From a virus (Duplodnaviria > Caudoviricetes): a DNA stretch of 35,569 nt. Below the pieces are notes generated by a model, which saw only the letters and a program-made list of their open reading frames with translations, made no database searches and was not told the origin of the DNA. Position numbers and translations under genes: made by a program. The stretch is taken from the IMG/VR virus record IMGVR_UViG_3300047279_000042, positions 1 to 35,569 of that record; one strand, 5' to 3'. Positions 16,473-25,626 of the stretch are shown piece by piece (position 1 is the first letter of the stretch; each line of letters opens with the position of its first letter).

Positions 16473-18682
16473 ACGACATGAATATGGACATCAGCACCGA
16501 CATTGCAGCCACCGAGCCAATGGATGATGCGGAACTGCAAAGCATCATCACGCAAGACCTGACCGATGCCATCAGCTATGTGGACAGTGATCTGTCCCCC
16601 ACACGCGCCAAGGGGACTGAATACTATCGCGGTGATTTATTCGGCAATGAGGTCGAAGGCAACAGCAAGGTGGTGGCCATGGAAGTGCGGGACACTGTCT
16701 CGGCCATGCTGCCAAGCCTGATGCGTGTTTTCTTTAGTTCTGAGAATGTGGTCGAGTTTGCACCCCGTGGCCCAGAAGACATGAAGATGGCCCAGCAGGC
16801 GACAGACTACGCCAACTATGTATTCCAGAACGACAACAACGGGTTTCTGACCAGCTATGCCATTTTCAAAGATGCGCTGGTCAGGAAATGTGGCATTGCC
16901 AAATTCTGGTGGGAAGACGAAGAGAAGGTCCGAATTGAAGAGTACACCGGCCTTGATGACCAGACCCTAGAGATGCTGATGCAAGAGCCTGGTGGTGAGG
17001 TCAAGATCATTACGTCTTACCCAGACCCAGCGATTGATGAAGCGCAGCTCACAACTGTAGACCCCACCACTGGCCAGCCGATAGTAATGCCTGCGCCAAT
17101 GATCCATGATGTGCAAATCAAGCGTATCACAAAGGATGGCCGGATCAGGATCATGGCCGTGCCACCCGAAGAATTATTGCTGGACAGACGCGCCAGATCG
17201 TTTGACGACTCAACCATCATTGCCCACAGGCAAATGGCCACCATGGCTGACTTGCTCGCCATGGGCTATGACCAAGATGAGATCGAAGAGAATATGTCAT
17301 CGACTGACTTGGACAGCAATGACGAGTATTTAGCGCGTCAGCCACTGAGTACCACATTTGGCACAAATGACGCTGCAAACCCGATGATGCGCAGAGTGCT
17401 GTACATCGAGGCTTATTCCCGTGTGGACTTTGATGGTGATGGCATTGCAGAGCTTAGAAAAGTCTGCTGCATGGGTGGCGGCTATAAGGTGGTGCGCAAT
17501 CTGCCGGCCAGCTACATCCCCTTTGCTGACTTTCCCTGCGACCCAGAGCCACACACAAGCCCACTTGAGGCGATGTCGATTTTTGATATTACCCGTGACT
17601 TGCAAGAGATCAAGTCGGAAATACTCCGAAACACATTGGACAGTCTGGCCCAGAGCATTCACCCTCGCACAGCGGTGGTCGAAGGCCAAGTCAACATCGA
17701 TGATGTCTTGAACAACGAGACTGGCGCAATTATTCGTATGCGTGCGCCTGGCATGGTCCAACCCCTGACAACTCCATTTGTTGGTCAGGCCGCATTCCCG
17801 ATGATGGAATACATGGACCAGATCAAGGAAGACCGCACCGGCATGAGCAAGGCGGCCATGGGTCTGAACGCTGATGCATTGCAGTCCAGCACCAAGGCAG
17901 CTGTGGCAGCGACCATCAGCGCCAGTCAAGGCCGGATTGAACTCACGGCACGCATTCTGGCCGAGGGCATGAAAAAGCTATTCAAGGGCATTTTGTTCTT
18001 GGCCACAACGCACCAGGACAAAGCCCGAATGGTCAGAATGCGCAATGAGTGGGTGCAGATCGATCCAAGGTTCTGGGATGTGGGCATGGATGCCAACATC
18101 AACATTGCATTGGGCAATGGCGACACCAACGAGAAACTGCAAGCGCTGATGATGATCATGTCCAAGCAAGAGCAAATCCTGCAACAACTTGGCCCACAGA
18201 ATCCACTGGTCACGCCACAGCAGTTCAGCAATACCCTGCGAAAAATCGTAGAGGTATCTGGTTTCAAAGACACAACAAGCTATTTCCAGAATATCCCTGC
18301 CGACTATGTGCCACCCGCACCACCACAAAAGCCAAGCCCCGAAGAGGTGCTGGCCCAGGTGCAGGCCGAGTCCATCAAGGCCGACATCCAGAAGAAGGCT
18401 GCCGAGCTTGAACTCAAGCGCCAGCAGATGATCATGGATGATGATCTAAACCGCGACAAGATGGCTCAGGATTTGTATCTCAAAAAATATGAAATTGAGT
18501 TAAAGTACAACTCACAGATCAGTACAGCCGAAATTGATGCGGCACAAAGTATTGATCGTGAAGCAATGCGTCAGCAGTCGCTATTGGCCCAGCAGCAAGC
18601 CGCACAGTTTGTGCAGCAACCACAGCAGCCACCAGCGCCTGAGATGATGCCCCCATCAACCTTTCAAGGAATGGCACAGTAA
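16469..18682 (+). CDS. Portal protein (podovirus type, long coiled-coil C-terminus)
   Basis: YYRG..FGNE..G.S.VV..VRDTV..MLPSLMRVF..DAL..K.G..K.WW...Q.IKS.ILR..LD..RTG; lies between terL and scaffold; start ATG 16469 after AAGGA. Confidence 0.9.
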   Translation: MNDMNMDISTDIAATEPMDDAELQSIITQDLTDAISYVDSDLSPTRAKGTEYYRGDLFGNEVEGNSKVVAMEVRDTVSAMLPSLMRVFFSSENVVEFAPRGPEDMKMAQQATDYANYVFQNDNNGFLTSYAIFKDALVRKCGIAKFWWEDEEKVRIEEYTGLDDQTLEMLMQEPGGEVKIITSYPDPAIDEAQLTTVDPTTGQPIVMPAPMIHDVQIKRITKDGRIRIMAVPPEELLLDRRARSFDDSTIIAHRQMATMADLLAMGYDQDEIEENMSSTDLDSNDEYLARQPLSTTFGTNDAANPMMRRVLYIEAYSRVDFDGDGIAELRKVCCMGGGYKVVRNLPASYIPFADFPCDPEPHTSPLEAMSIFDITRDLQEIKSEILRNTLDSLAQSIHPRTAVVEGQVNIDDVLNNETGAIIRMRAPGMVQPLTTPFVGQAAFPMMEYMDQIKEDRTGMSKAAMGLNADALQSSTKAAVAATISASQGRIELTARILAEGMKKLFKGILFLATTHQDKARMVRMRNEWVQIDPRFWDVGMDANINIALGNGDTNEKLQALMMIMSKQEQILQQLGPQNPLVTPQQFSNTLRKIVEVSGFKDTTSYFQNIPADYVPPAPPQKPSPEEVLAQVQAESIKADIQKKAAELELKRQQMIMDDDLNRDKMAQDLYLKKYEIELKYNSQISTAEIDAAQSIDREAMRQQSLLAQQQAAQFVQQPQQPPAPEMMPPSTFQGMAQ

Positions 18683-18946
18683 GTGACAAATGAAGACCTG
18701 GTAAATAAAGGCCGAAAGGCCAAGCAGCTGCTAGAGGATGAAACCCTCAATGCAGCGATTGCAAAATTAGAAGGCGACCAACTTTGGATATTTCGATCAT
18801 CGAAACCCGAAGAGTCTGCGAGGCGCGAGACAGCGTGGTGTATGTTGCAGGCCATTGATGGCCTACGGCAAGAGTTGATCAAGATAATGGACAACGGAAA
18901 AATTGCACAAAACGCTATCAGCAAATCACAGAAAACCTTAATTTAA
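18683..18946 (+). CDS. Conserved small helical protein between portal and scaffold
   Basis: GTG start after AAGGA; position is typical for this phage type. Confidence 0.7.
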   Translation: MTNEDLVNKGRKAKQLLEDETLNAAIAKLEGDQLWIFRSSKPEESARRETAWCMLQAIDGLRQELIKIMDNGKIAQNAISKSQKTLI

Positions 18947-18955
18947 AAAAATACT

Positions 18956-19936
18956 ATGGCAGAAATACAAGCAATGAATATGGTCGATGCGACCAGTGCT
19001 ATCTCGGCAATGTTAGCCCCCCAAAAGGGACAAGCAGAACTTGACGAGACGCAGCCAGTCGAGGAATCCGAAGAGGAAACCGAGACAGCGGCTTCTGAAG
19101 ATGATGACTCTGGTGTGGAAGACGCGCCAGACGAAGAGTCTTCAGAGGAACAGTCCGAAGAAGAGGAAGAGCAAGAGGAGCAAGAACAGCCACAGACTTT
19201 CACTGTCAAAGTAGACGGCAAGGAAGTTTCTGTCACGCTAGACGAGCTGCAAAAAGGCTATTCCAGAACTCAGGACTACACTCGGAAAACGCAGCAAATT
19301 GCCGAAGTGCGAAAGCAAGTCGAGCAAGAAACGTATGCAGTCCGAGCCGAGCGTGAGCAATACGCTCAATTGTTGGGAGCATTGCAAGCCCAACTTCAGT
19401 CTTCAGAGCCTCAAATTGATTTGGAGCGCCTCTACCAAGAGGACCCAATTGAATGGGTTAGGCAAAATGAAGTCATGCGACAGAGACAAGAGAAACTCGG
19501 TGCTATTCAATCAGAGCAGCAGCGGCTTTATCAAGTTTCCCAGCATGAGCAGCAGCGTGCTATGGAGGCCCAACTTGCCAGCCAGCAAGAAGCCCTGTTA
19601 GCAGCTTTGCCAGATTGGAAAGACCCCAAGAAGGCGAAGGCCGAAAAGGCACTGGTGATTGAGTCTGCAAAGGCAGCAGGCTTTTCAGATGAAGACTTGA
19701 AGAGTGTTTACGACCACCGACTGGTCCTGTTGCTGCGTAAAGCGGCACTGTTTGACCAGATGGTAAGTAAACGCCAAGGCATTAAGCCTGTGGTGAACAA
19801 TGGCCCACGACCAGCCAAGCCTGGTGCAGCTGGTCGGGTTTCGACAACAACTGAGAGTACGCGAGCAAAGCAGCGTCTTGCTAAAACTGGCCGTGTCGAT
19901 GATGCGGCTTCTGCAATTGAACTCTTATTGAAATGA
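18956..19936 (+). CDS. Capsid scaffolding protein
   Basis: Acidic N-terminus, TVKVDGKEVSVTLDELQKGY.R..DYTRKTQ, coiled coil, C-terminal RLAKTG.VDDAA; directly upstream of the capsid gene. Confidence 0.88.
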   Translation: MAEIQAMNMVDATSAISAMLAPQKGQAELDETQPVEESEEETETAASEDDDSGVEDAPDEESSEEQSEEEEEQEEQEQPQTFTVKVDGKEVSVTLDELQKGYSRTQDYTRKTQQIAEVRKQVEQETYAVRAEREQYAQLLGALQAQLQSSEPQIDLERLYQEDPIEWVRQNEVMRQRQEKLGAIQSEQQRLYQVSQHEQQRAMEAQLASQQEALLAALPDWKDPKKAKAEKALVIESAKAAGFSDEDLKSVYDHRLVLLLRKAALFDQMVSKRQGIKPVVNNGPRPAKPGAAGRVSTTTESTRAKQRLAKTGRVDDAASAIELLLK

Positions 19937-19943
19937 GGAAATT

Positions 19944-20277
19944 ATGGCTATCGTAAGTAACACGTTCTTGACCTATTCGGCCAAGGGCATCCGCGAAGAC
20001 TTGAGCAATGTGATCACAAACATTGCCCCCGAAGAAACCCCTTACATGAGCAACATTGGCCGTGAAAACGTGTCCAACAGCTTGTATGAGTGGCAGACCG
20101 ATACATTGGCCGCAGCTGCTGCCAATGCCCAGTTAGAGGGTGATGATGTTGCATCATTTGACTCTGTGACTGCTACTGTGCGTTTGCAAAACTACGCACA
20201 GATTTCACGCAAGACAATCATCTTGTCAGCTACTGAAGAAGTGGTGAACAAGGCTGGTCGTCGCAGCGAATTGGCGT
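19944..20277 (+). CDS. Major capsid protein, exon 1 (DUF5309/SU10-MCP-like)
   Basis: GAGG RBS; GIREDLS..I.NI.PEETP..EWQTD.L..EG.D..R..NY.QI.RK; ends ...GAA TTG GCG T at the splice site. Confidence 0.92.
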
Positions 20278-20597
20278 TAACTTTGCATTGATAAGCGCCC
20301 GTATTCGGTAACGAATATTGAAAAACTAGGTGAATTGCTGGAAACCCTTTAGAGCCTGATACACCACAACATAGCCCGAAAGAGCAAGTGTGATGGTCCA
20401 AAAAGAATCAGGATTAGGCAATCAGCAGCCAAGCACCGCATAAGGTGAAGGTTCAACGACTAGGGAGTAATCCCGTAGGACCAAGTGGTCCGAAGTGCCT
20501 AGCCCCAGAGATGGGTGAAGATATAGTCTGATCTTGTATGAGAGTACAAGCCTCGAAAGAGGGTCGGGAAGATAACGAGTCCTGGCAAACAAAAATG
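20278..20597 (+). ncRNA. Group I self-splicing intron (IA2 architecture, 320 nt, no endonuclease ORF)
   Basis: Core motifs P AATTGCTGGAAA (20333), Q AATCAGCAGCC (20420), R TTCAACGACTA (20452), S AAGATATAGTCT (20518); P1 GGCGU/GCGCC with a U-G wobble; P7.1 and P7.2 hairpins; terminal G at 20597; removal restores the reading frame. Confidence 0.96.
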
Positions 20598-21226
20598 ACC
20601 AGATCGCAAAGCGTGGCGCTGAAATTAAGCGCGATCAAGAATTCTCCATGCTCAATGGCGCTATCGCTGTTGCTGGTGATTCTACGACTGCACGCACGAC
20701 TGCCTCTTTGGGCGCGTTTGTGAAAACAAACACCGACAAAGGCTCTGGCGGTGCTGACCCATCTTACACAACGCTGCCAAACAGCGCCCGTACAGATGGC
20801 ACAGTTCGCACATTCACTGAAACCATTCTCAAGAATGTGATTCAGAAGGTGTGGACTGCTGGTGGCACACCTAAGATTTTGATGTGCGGTCCTGTTAACA
20901 AGCAGCGCGTGTCAGGTTTCTCTGGTATCGCTTCCAGCCGTTTCAACATTGATGGCGGTGCAAAGCCTGCCACACTGGTTGGCGCAGTTGACATTTATGT
21001 TTCAGATTTCGGAAACGTACAGGTCATTGCAAACCGCTTCCAGCGTGAGCGTGATGCATGGGTGATCGATCCTGACTACGCCAAGATGACAGTGCTGCGC
21101 CCTTACCAGCAAGTCGAATTGGCCAAGACCGGTGACGCTGAAAAGCGTATGCTGATCGCAGAATGGGGTCACAAAGTGTTGGCTGAAAATGCCCACGGCT
21201 TGGCCGCTGACTTGGTTACTTCTTAA
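20598..21226 (+). CDS. Major capsid protein, exon 2 (spliced product 320 aa)
   Basis: The join gives SELA-Y-QIAKRGAEIKRDQEFSML, in frame with ORF 20648..21226 (YVSDFG, LAKTGDAEKRML..EW..V.AE.AHG). Confidence 0.92.
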
Positions 21227-21240
21227 TAGTAAGCAAACGG

Positions 21241-21270
21241 AAAGAGCCAGAGAAATCTGGCTCTTTTTTT
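21241..21270 (+). terminator. Intrinsic terminator after the capsid gene
   Basis: AAAGAGCCAGA-GAAA-TCTGGCTCTTT followed by a T-run. Confidence 0.9.
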
Positions 21271-21273
21271 AAT

Positions 21274-21591
21274 ATGATTCACAAAAGACTATTTAGCGAA
21301 AACAAAGAACAAGGCATCAAGCGCTATTGGCATGAGAATGCTGAGACTGGCGATGTGACCATTGAGACCCAGCAAGATGTGACTGCGGTGGTGGAGGCCA
21401 ACAAGGCCATCTATAACGCTGTAGACGAGAAGGCTGCATGGAAAGGTGAGTGGCACTTGGTGGCATCCATCCCCGAATCCCTTTTTTACAAGATGAAGGC
21501 CGAGGGCAAGATCGATGACCAGGAGTACATGAAGCGCTGGCTCAACGATTCTGACAATCAATTTTTTAGAACAAGACCTGGGAAAATATGA
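21274..21591 (+). CDS. Conserved hypothetical protein downstream of the capsid gene
   Basis: QDV...EANK...HLVASIP...WLND.DN..FRT pattern; coupled to the next gene. Confidence 0.7.
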   Translation: MIHKRLFSENKEQGIKRYWHENAETGDVTIETQQDVTAVVEANKAIYNAVDEKAAWKGEWHLVASIPESLFYKMKAEGKIDDQEYMKRWLNDSDNQFFRTRPGKI

Positions 21592-22250
21592 GCAATTACG
21601 TCGCAGTTTGCACACCGGCCCGTGATCAAGTCCACACCAACTATTGCTACTGCATGGTCAATATGGTGGCTTATCACACACTCAACACTGAAGACGCTAT
21701 CAGTCTGAAATTGATGCAAGGCACGATTATCCAAAACCAAAGGGCTGACCTTTGCTTGGATGCATTGCGCGAAGGCTGCTCACACATTCTCTTCATTGAC
21801 TCTGACATGACATTCCCCCAAGACATGGTGGGGAGGCTCTTGGCCCATGACAAAGACATTGTGGCTGCCAACTGTGCCAAGCGCAGAATGCCAACTGGAC
21901 CAACTGCGCAGAATTATGATGAGAACGGCAAACGAATCCCTGTCTACACCATGCCAGATTCGACTGGATTGGAAGAGGTGGGGAGCATTGGAACGGGCAT
22001 AATGCTGATCAAGCGCGAGGTGTTTAAGGGTATGTCTGAGCCATGGTTTGATATGCCGTGGCAGACCACACGGGGCTACATGGGAGAAGATGTGTTCTTT
22101 TGTAAGAAAGCCAAAGAGCTGGGCTACAAAGTCTACATCGACCATGACGTTTCTCAAGAGATTGGCCACATTGGGACTTTTGAGTTTGGCCACCCTCACA
22201 CTTGGATTGTGAAAGAAGAGATGGAAAAAGAGGCGAAAAATGGCACTTAG
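21588..22250 (+). CDS. GT-A fold (GT2-like) glycosyltransferase
   Basis: ILFIDSDM (DxD motif), GTGIMLIKREVF..PWF, GEDVFFC, YIDH..GHIG. Confidence 0.85.
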   Translation: MSNYVAVCTPARDQVHTNYCYCMVNMVAYHTLNTEDAISLKLMQGTIIQNQRADLCLDALREGCSHILFIDSDMTFPQDMVGRLLAHDKDIVAANCAKRRMPTGPTAQNYDENGKRIPVYTMPDSTGLEEVGSIGTGIMLIKREVFKGMSEPWFDMPWQTTRGYMGEDVFFCKKAKELGYKVYIDHDVSQEIGHIGTFEFGHPHTWIVKEEMEKEAKNGT

Positions 22251-22863
22251 CACCTATGCAGAACTGAAGACTTCCATTGGCGACTGGCTAAACCGAGCCG
22301 ACCTGACTGCTGTCATTCCTGACTTTATCTCTCTGGCCGAGGCGCAAGTGGAGCGCACACTGCGCACCAGGCAGATGATTGTCAGGGCCAATGCGTCTTT
22401 TGATGTGCAATATGGCGCTGTGCCTGCTGACTTCTTGGAGGTCAAATCCCTCAAGCTCACAAGCACAAACCCCCAGACCCCATTGTCGTTTTTGAGCATC
22501 GATGCCTTAGACAATGAGATGACGAAATACACCGGTAGTGGCAAGCCAAAATTCTTTGGCATTGTTGGTGGCCAGTTTCGCATTGTCCCGACACCAGACG
22601 CAAACTACACCACTGAGCTGACCTATTACGCAAAGTTGTCAAAGTTATCAACTAGCAACACGACCAACTGGCTTTTGACATCAAACCCCGACATTTATCT
22701 GTATGGATCATTGCTCCAGGCTGCACCATACTTGCAAGATGATGCGAGAATCCAAGTGTGGGCGACACTCTATGAGCGAGCCTTGAACGATTCACAAACT
22801 GCCGATGATCGAAGTGCATCTTCTGGTGGTGCATTGCTGACCCGTGCGAAGACTTTTGGATAA
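22240..22863 (+). CDS. Head-tail adaptor / tail tubular protein A-like
   Basis: YAELK..I.DWLNR.DL..IPDFI.LAE..P.D....G.P....PTPD..Y....YY...PD.YLYG pattern; position after the capsid module. Confidence 0.7.
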   Translation: MALSTYAELKTSIGDWLNRADLTAVIPDFISLAEAQVERTLRTRQMIVRANASFDVQYGAVPADFLEVKSLKLTSTNPQTPLSFLSIDALDNEMTKYTGSGKPKFFGIVGGQFRIVPTPDANYTTELTYYAKLSKLSTSNTTNWLLTSNPDIYLYGSLLQAAPYLQDDARIQVWATLYERALNDSQTADDRSASSGGALLTRAKTFG

Positions 22864-22871
22864 GGACTGAT

Positions 22872-23270
22872 ATGTCATCTTTTACCGACTACACCGAAAA
22901 CCTAGTTTTAAATTTTCTACTCACAGCCAATACGGCCACACGCCCCACGGCTTGGTATGTTGGCCTCTTCACGGCTGCACCGAGCGACACTGGTGGCGGC
23001 ACTGAGGTGTCTGGCAGCGCCTATGCGCGAGTGGTGACTGGCACAATCACTGTCTCCGGCACAAGCCCCACAAACGCAACAAACGCAGCGGCCATCGAGT
23101 TTGCAGCTGCCAGCGGTGGAAACTGGGGATCAATTGGCTGGGCCGGCATCTTTGATGCAAGTACCGGTGGCAATCTTTTAGCCTGGGCGGCATTGACCAC
23201 AGCACGCACCATCAATGATGGCGATGTGCTGCGCATCCCAGCTGGCGACCTTGATGTCACATTGACATGA
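22872..23270 (+). CDS. Virion structural (tail-associated) protein
   Basis: YVGLFTAAPSD.GGG.EVSG..YAR...F..A..NWG....IFDA..GGNLL is a widespread phage tail protein pattern. Confidence 0.75.
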   Translation: MSSFTDYTENLVLNFLLTANTATRPTAWYVGLFTAAPSDTGGGTEVSGSAYARVVTGTITVSGTSPTNATNAAAIEFAAASGGNWGSIGWAGIFDASTGGNLLAWAALTTARTINDGDVLRIPAGDLDVTLT

Positions 23271-23271
23271 C

Positions 23272-24033
23272 ATGGCAGCCTATGGTCTTGGCCCGTATGG
23301 ACAAGGGAATTATTCCTATGGCGTAAGCCTTGGAGCAGTTACCCTTGCAGCCACCAGCACGGCTGCATTCAACGCAAGACGCATCTGCATAGGCGCGTTT
23401 TCTACGTCTGGCACTAGCACAGAGACTGTCAGCGCCAATGTAGTCAAGACAGCATCATTCTCAGTTTCAGCCTCTAGCACTGCCACAGCAGCTGCACAGC
23501 GCATTGCCATTGGCGCGGCCACGGCCTCAAGCGCCAGCACCATGTCAATCAGCGCCTTGCGCTATGCGGTGGGGGTAGCAACATTTGCGGCCACATCGAG
23601 CGCGAGCTTTGCAGCCAGGCGAGTGGCCATTGGGTCATTTGCCTCAGTCGATGTCAGCACCATGGCGGTGTCGGCCATCAGGGTCCCACTGATTCAAATC
23701 CTGATTCAAGACTTTGCCACCATGACTGTGGCCACCAAGGTGGTGCTGCGCGGATCAGTGGCAATGGCGGCCACATCTAGTGTGAGCATTAACGGCCAGA
23801 GAAGACAAAGCACGCCAATCAATTTCACTTGCCAGTCATCTATGACGATTGCTGGCAATCTAAAATGGGTGGCAGAGTCTGACACGGCAGAAACATGGAA
23901 TGCGATCTCTGACAATTCAGAGACTTGGACACCGATCACAGACACATCAGAAACATGGACCGCAATCTCTGACAGCAGTGAAACTTGGACTGCAATTGCG
24001 GATAATAGCGAATCATGGCAAATAGCCGCATAG
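23272..24033 (+). CDS. Ala/Ser/Thr-rich repetitive fibre-like protein
   Basis: N-terminal YG repeats, ~19-aa periodic middle, C-terminal 10-aa ETW repeats. Confidence 0.7.
   Translation: MAAYGLGPYGQGNYSYGVSLGAVTLAATSTAAFNARRICIGAFSTSGTSTETVSANVVKTASFSVSASSTATAAAQRIAIGAATASSASTMSISALRYAVGVATFAATSSASFAARRVAIGSFASVDVSTMAVSAIRVPLIQILIQDFATMTVATKVVLRGSVAMAATSSVSINGQRRQSTPINFTCQSSMTIAGNLKWVAESDTAETWNAISDNSETWTPITDTSETWTAISDSSETWTAIADNSESWQIAA
23878..24027 (+). repeat. Five 30-bp coding tandem repeats (SDxxETWxxI)
   Basis: SDTAETWNAI / SDNSETWTPI / TDTSETWTAI / SDSSETWTAI / ADNSESWQIA. Confidence 0.9.
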
Positions 24034-24042
24034 GGGTAGAAA

Positions 24043-25617
24043 ATGGCAGATTTAACCACAACGAATCTATTACTCACCAAACCAGAAGTTGGTGCATCCA
24101 CTGACACCTGGGGAACAAAGATAAACACCGACCTAGACTCGGTCGATGCAGTCTTTGCAGCTGCCGGCACTGGCACAAGTGTGGGCCTCAATGTTGGCGC
24201 TGGTAAGACTTTGAGTGTGGCCGGCACACTGGTGGTGACTGGCTCGGCCAGCACGATTGACGCGACTGCCATTGGCGCTACCACACCAGACACTGGTGCT
24301 TTCACGACATTAAGCTCAACTGGCAACACAACACTTGGCGATGCATCAGGCGATGCAGTCACCATCAATGGCACGGCAACATTTGCCAATGCAAGCCCAG
24401 TCTTGACACCAGGCACAGCCAACGGGGTCGCCTTTCTCAATGGTTCAAAGGTTCTGACAAGTGGCTCTGCGCTGACTTTTAATGGCACAACACTCTCAGC
24501 AACCAACGACATTACTGTCAATAGCGTAAAAGTTGGGCGTGGTGCGGGTTCTGTGTCTACCAATACTGCGGTGGGTGAAGATGCTTTAAGTAATGGTTCT
24601 CAATCAGGCGTTAGAAATACATCTTTAGGATTTAGGGCTTCATACCTTAATACATCGGGCCAAAACATAACAGCGCTGGGTGCTTATGCTCTTTACAGCA
24701 ATGACACAGGCTCTGACAATACTGGCATTGGATTTGGTGCGCTTGATTCAAACACATCGGGCAGTAACAACGTGGGCGTTGGAGTTGGTACATTGCAGAC
24801 CAACAGCACAGCATCTAACAACACTGCTGTAGGTTATCAGGCGGGGTATACAAACAACACTGGTACGCAAAATACCTTTTTAGGTTTTAATGCTGGCTAC
24901 ACAAATAATAGTAATTACAACGTGTTTATTGGTGGGGAGACTGGAAAGTTTTCAACTGGTACGCTTAATAATTTTGTAGGTTACAACTCTGGTTACAACA
25001 TGACCGCAGGGTCAAAGAACACCATTATTGGCGGTTTTACAGGTAACACAGGTGGCCTAGACATTCGCTCATCAGACAACTACATCGTGCTGTCTGACGG
25101 AGATGGAAATCCACTTATTTCCACAGCCAATAGTCAAACAGTAGCACTAAAAGGCGCAGTCCCCAACTCAGGCACAGGCATCACATTCCCCGCAACTCAA
25201 TCAGCATCATCAAACGCTAATACTTTGGATGACTATGAGGAGGGGACTTGGACACCTACACTTTCTTTTGGTGGTGCAAGCGTAGGAATTACCTATGGAG
25301 TTAATCAAGGAACATACACAAAAATTGGTAATTTAGTTACTGGTCGATTTGTTATGGGTTTATCTAGTAAAGGCTCTTCAACTGGAAATGCCACTATTGG
25401 AGGATTGCCTTTTACTCTTGGTGTTGCTCTTGGAGTTGCAGTAACAGAACTTGCATTTACCTTTACATTAAGCCCTCCAACAAATGGATGGCCTCAAGAT
25501 GGTCTAACAAGTATAAATCTTTGGGCAATGGGCGCAACTGGTATTACATACACAACAGACACAAGTTTTAGTAATGCCAGTCGTTTAGATATGTGGTTTC
25601 AATACTTTATTGTTTAA
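24043..25617 (+). CDS. Tail fibre / receptor-binding protein (524 aa)
   Basis: Anchor [15 protein letters not shown], ~14-aa N(T)xxG beta-roll repeats resembling an autotransporter head, and a C-terminal module starting [11 protein letters not shown]. Confidence 0.85.
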   Translation: MADLTTTNLLLTKPEVGASTDTWGTKINTDLDSVDAVFAAAGTGTSVGLNVGAGKTLSVAGTLVVTGSASTIDATAIGATTPDTGAFTTLSSTGNTTLGDASGDAVTINGTATFANASPVLTPGTANGVAFLNGSKVLTSGSALTFNGTTLSATNDITVNSVKVGRGAGSVSTNTAVGEDALSNGSQSGVRNTSLGFRASYLNTSGQNITALGAYALYSNDTGSDNTGIGFGALDSNTSGSNNVGVGVGTLQTNSTASNNTAVGYQAGYTNNTGTQNTFLGFNAGYTNNSNYNVFIGGETGKFSTGTLNNFVGYNSGYNMTAGSKNTIIGGFTGNTGGLDIRSSDNYIVLSDGDGNPLISTANSQTVALKGAVPNSGTGITFPATQSASSNANTLDDYEEGTWTPTLSFGGASVGITYGVNQGTYTKIGNLVTGRFVMGLSSKGSSTGNATIGGLPFTLGVALGVAVTELAFTFTLSPPTNGWPQDGLTSINLWAMGATGITYTTDTSFSNASRLDMWFQYFIV

Positions 25618-25626
25618 GGAAAAATT

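Noticed and set aside
20538-20723. 61-aa ORF (and minus-strand ORFs 20192..20401 and 20453..20638) as an intron-encoded endonuclease
   Set aside because: No nuclease motifs; they overlap structural ribozyme helices and exon sequence, so they are likely chance ORFs.
19944-21226. Capsid gene as a pseudogene, programmed frameshift or two separate genes
   Set aside because: The gap has a complete group I intron core, and precise removal restores the frame and a conserved capsid motif.
23706-24563. 285-aa minus-strand ORF and similar antisense ORFs (e.g. 6475..6978, 7573..8082, 14246..14794, 27764..28348)
   Set aside because: These are shadows of well-supported plus-strand genes, with no motifs or RBS of their own.
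24043-25617. Diversity-generating retroelement or invertible tail-fibre cassette
   Set aside because: No reverse transcriptase, template repeat, invertase or flanking inverted repeats were seen.
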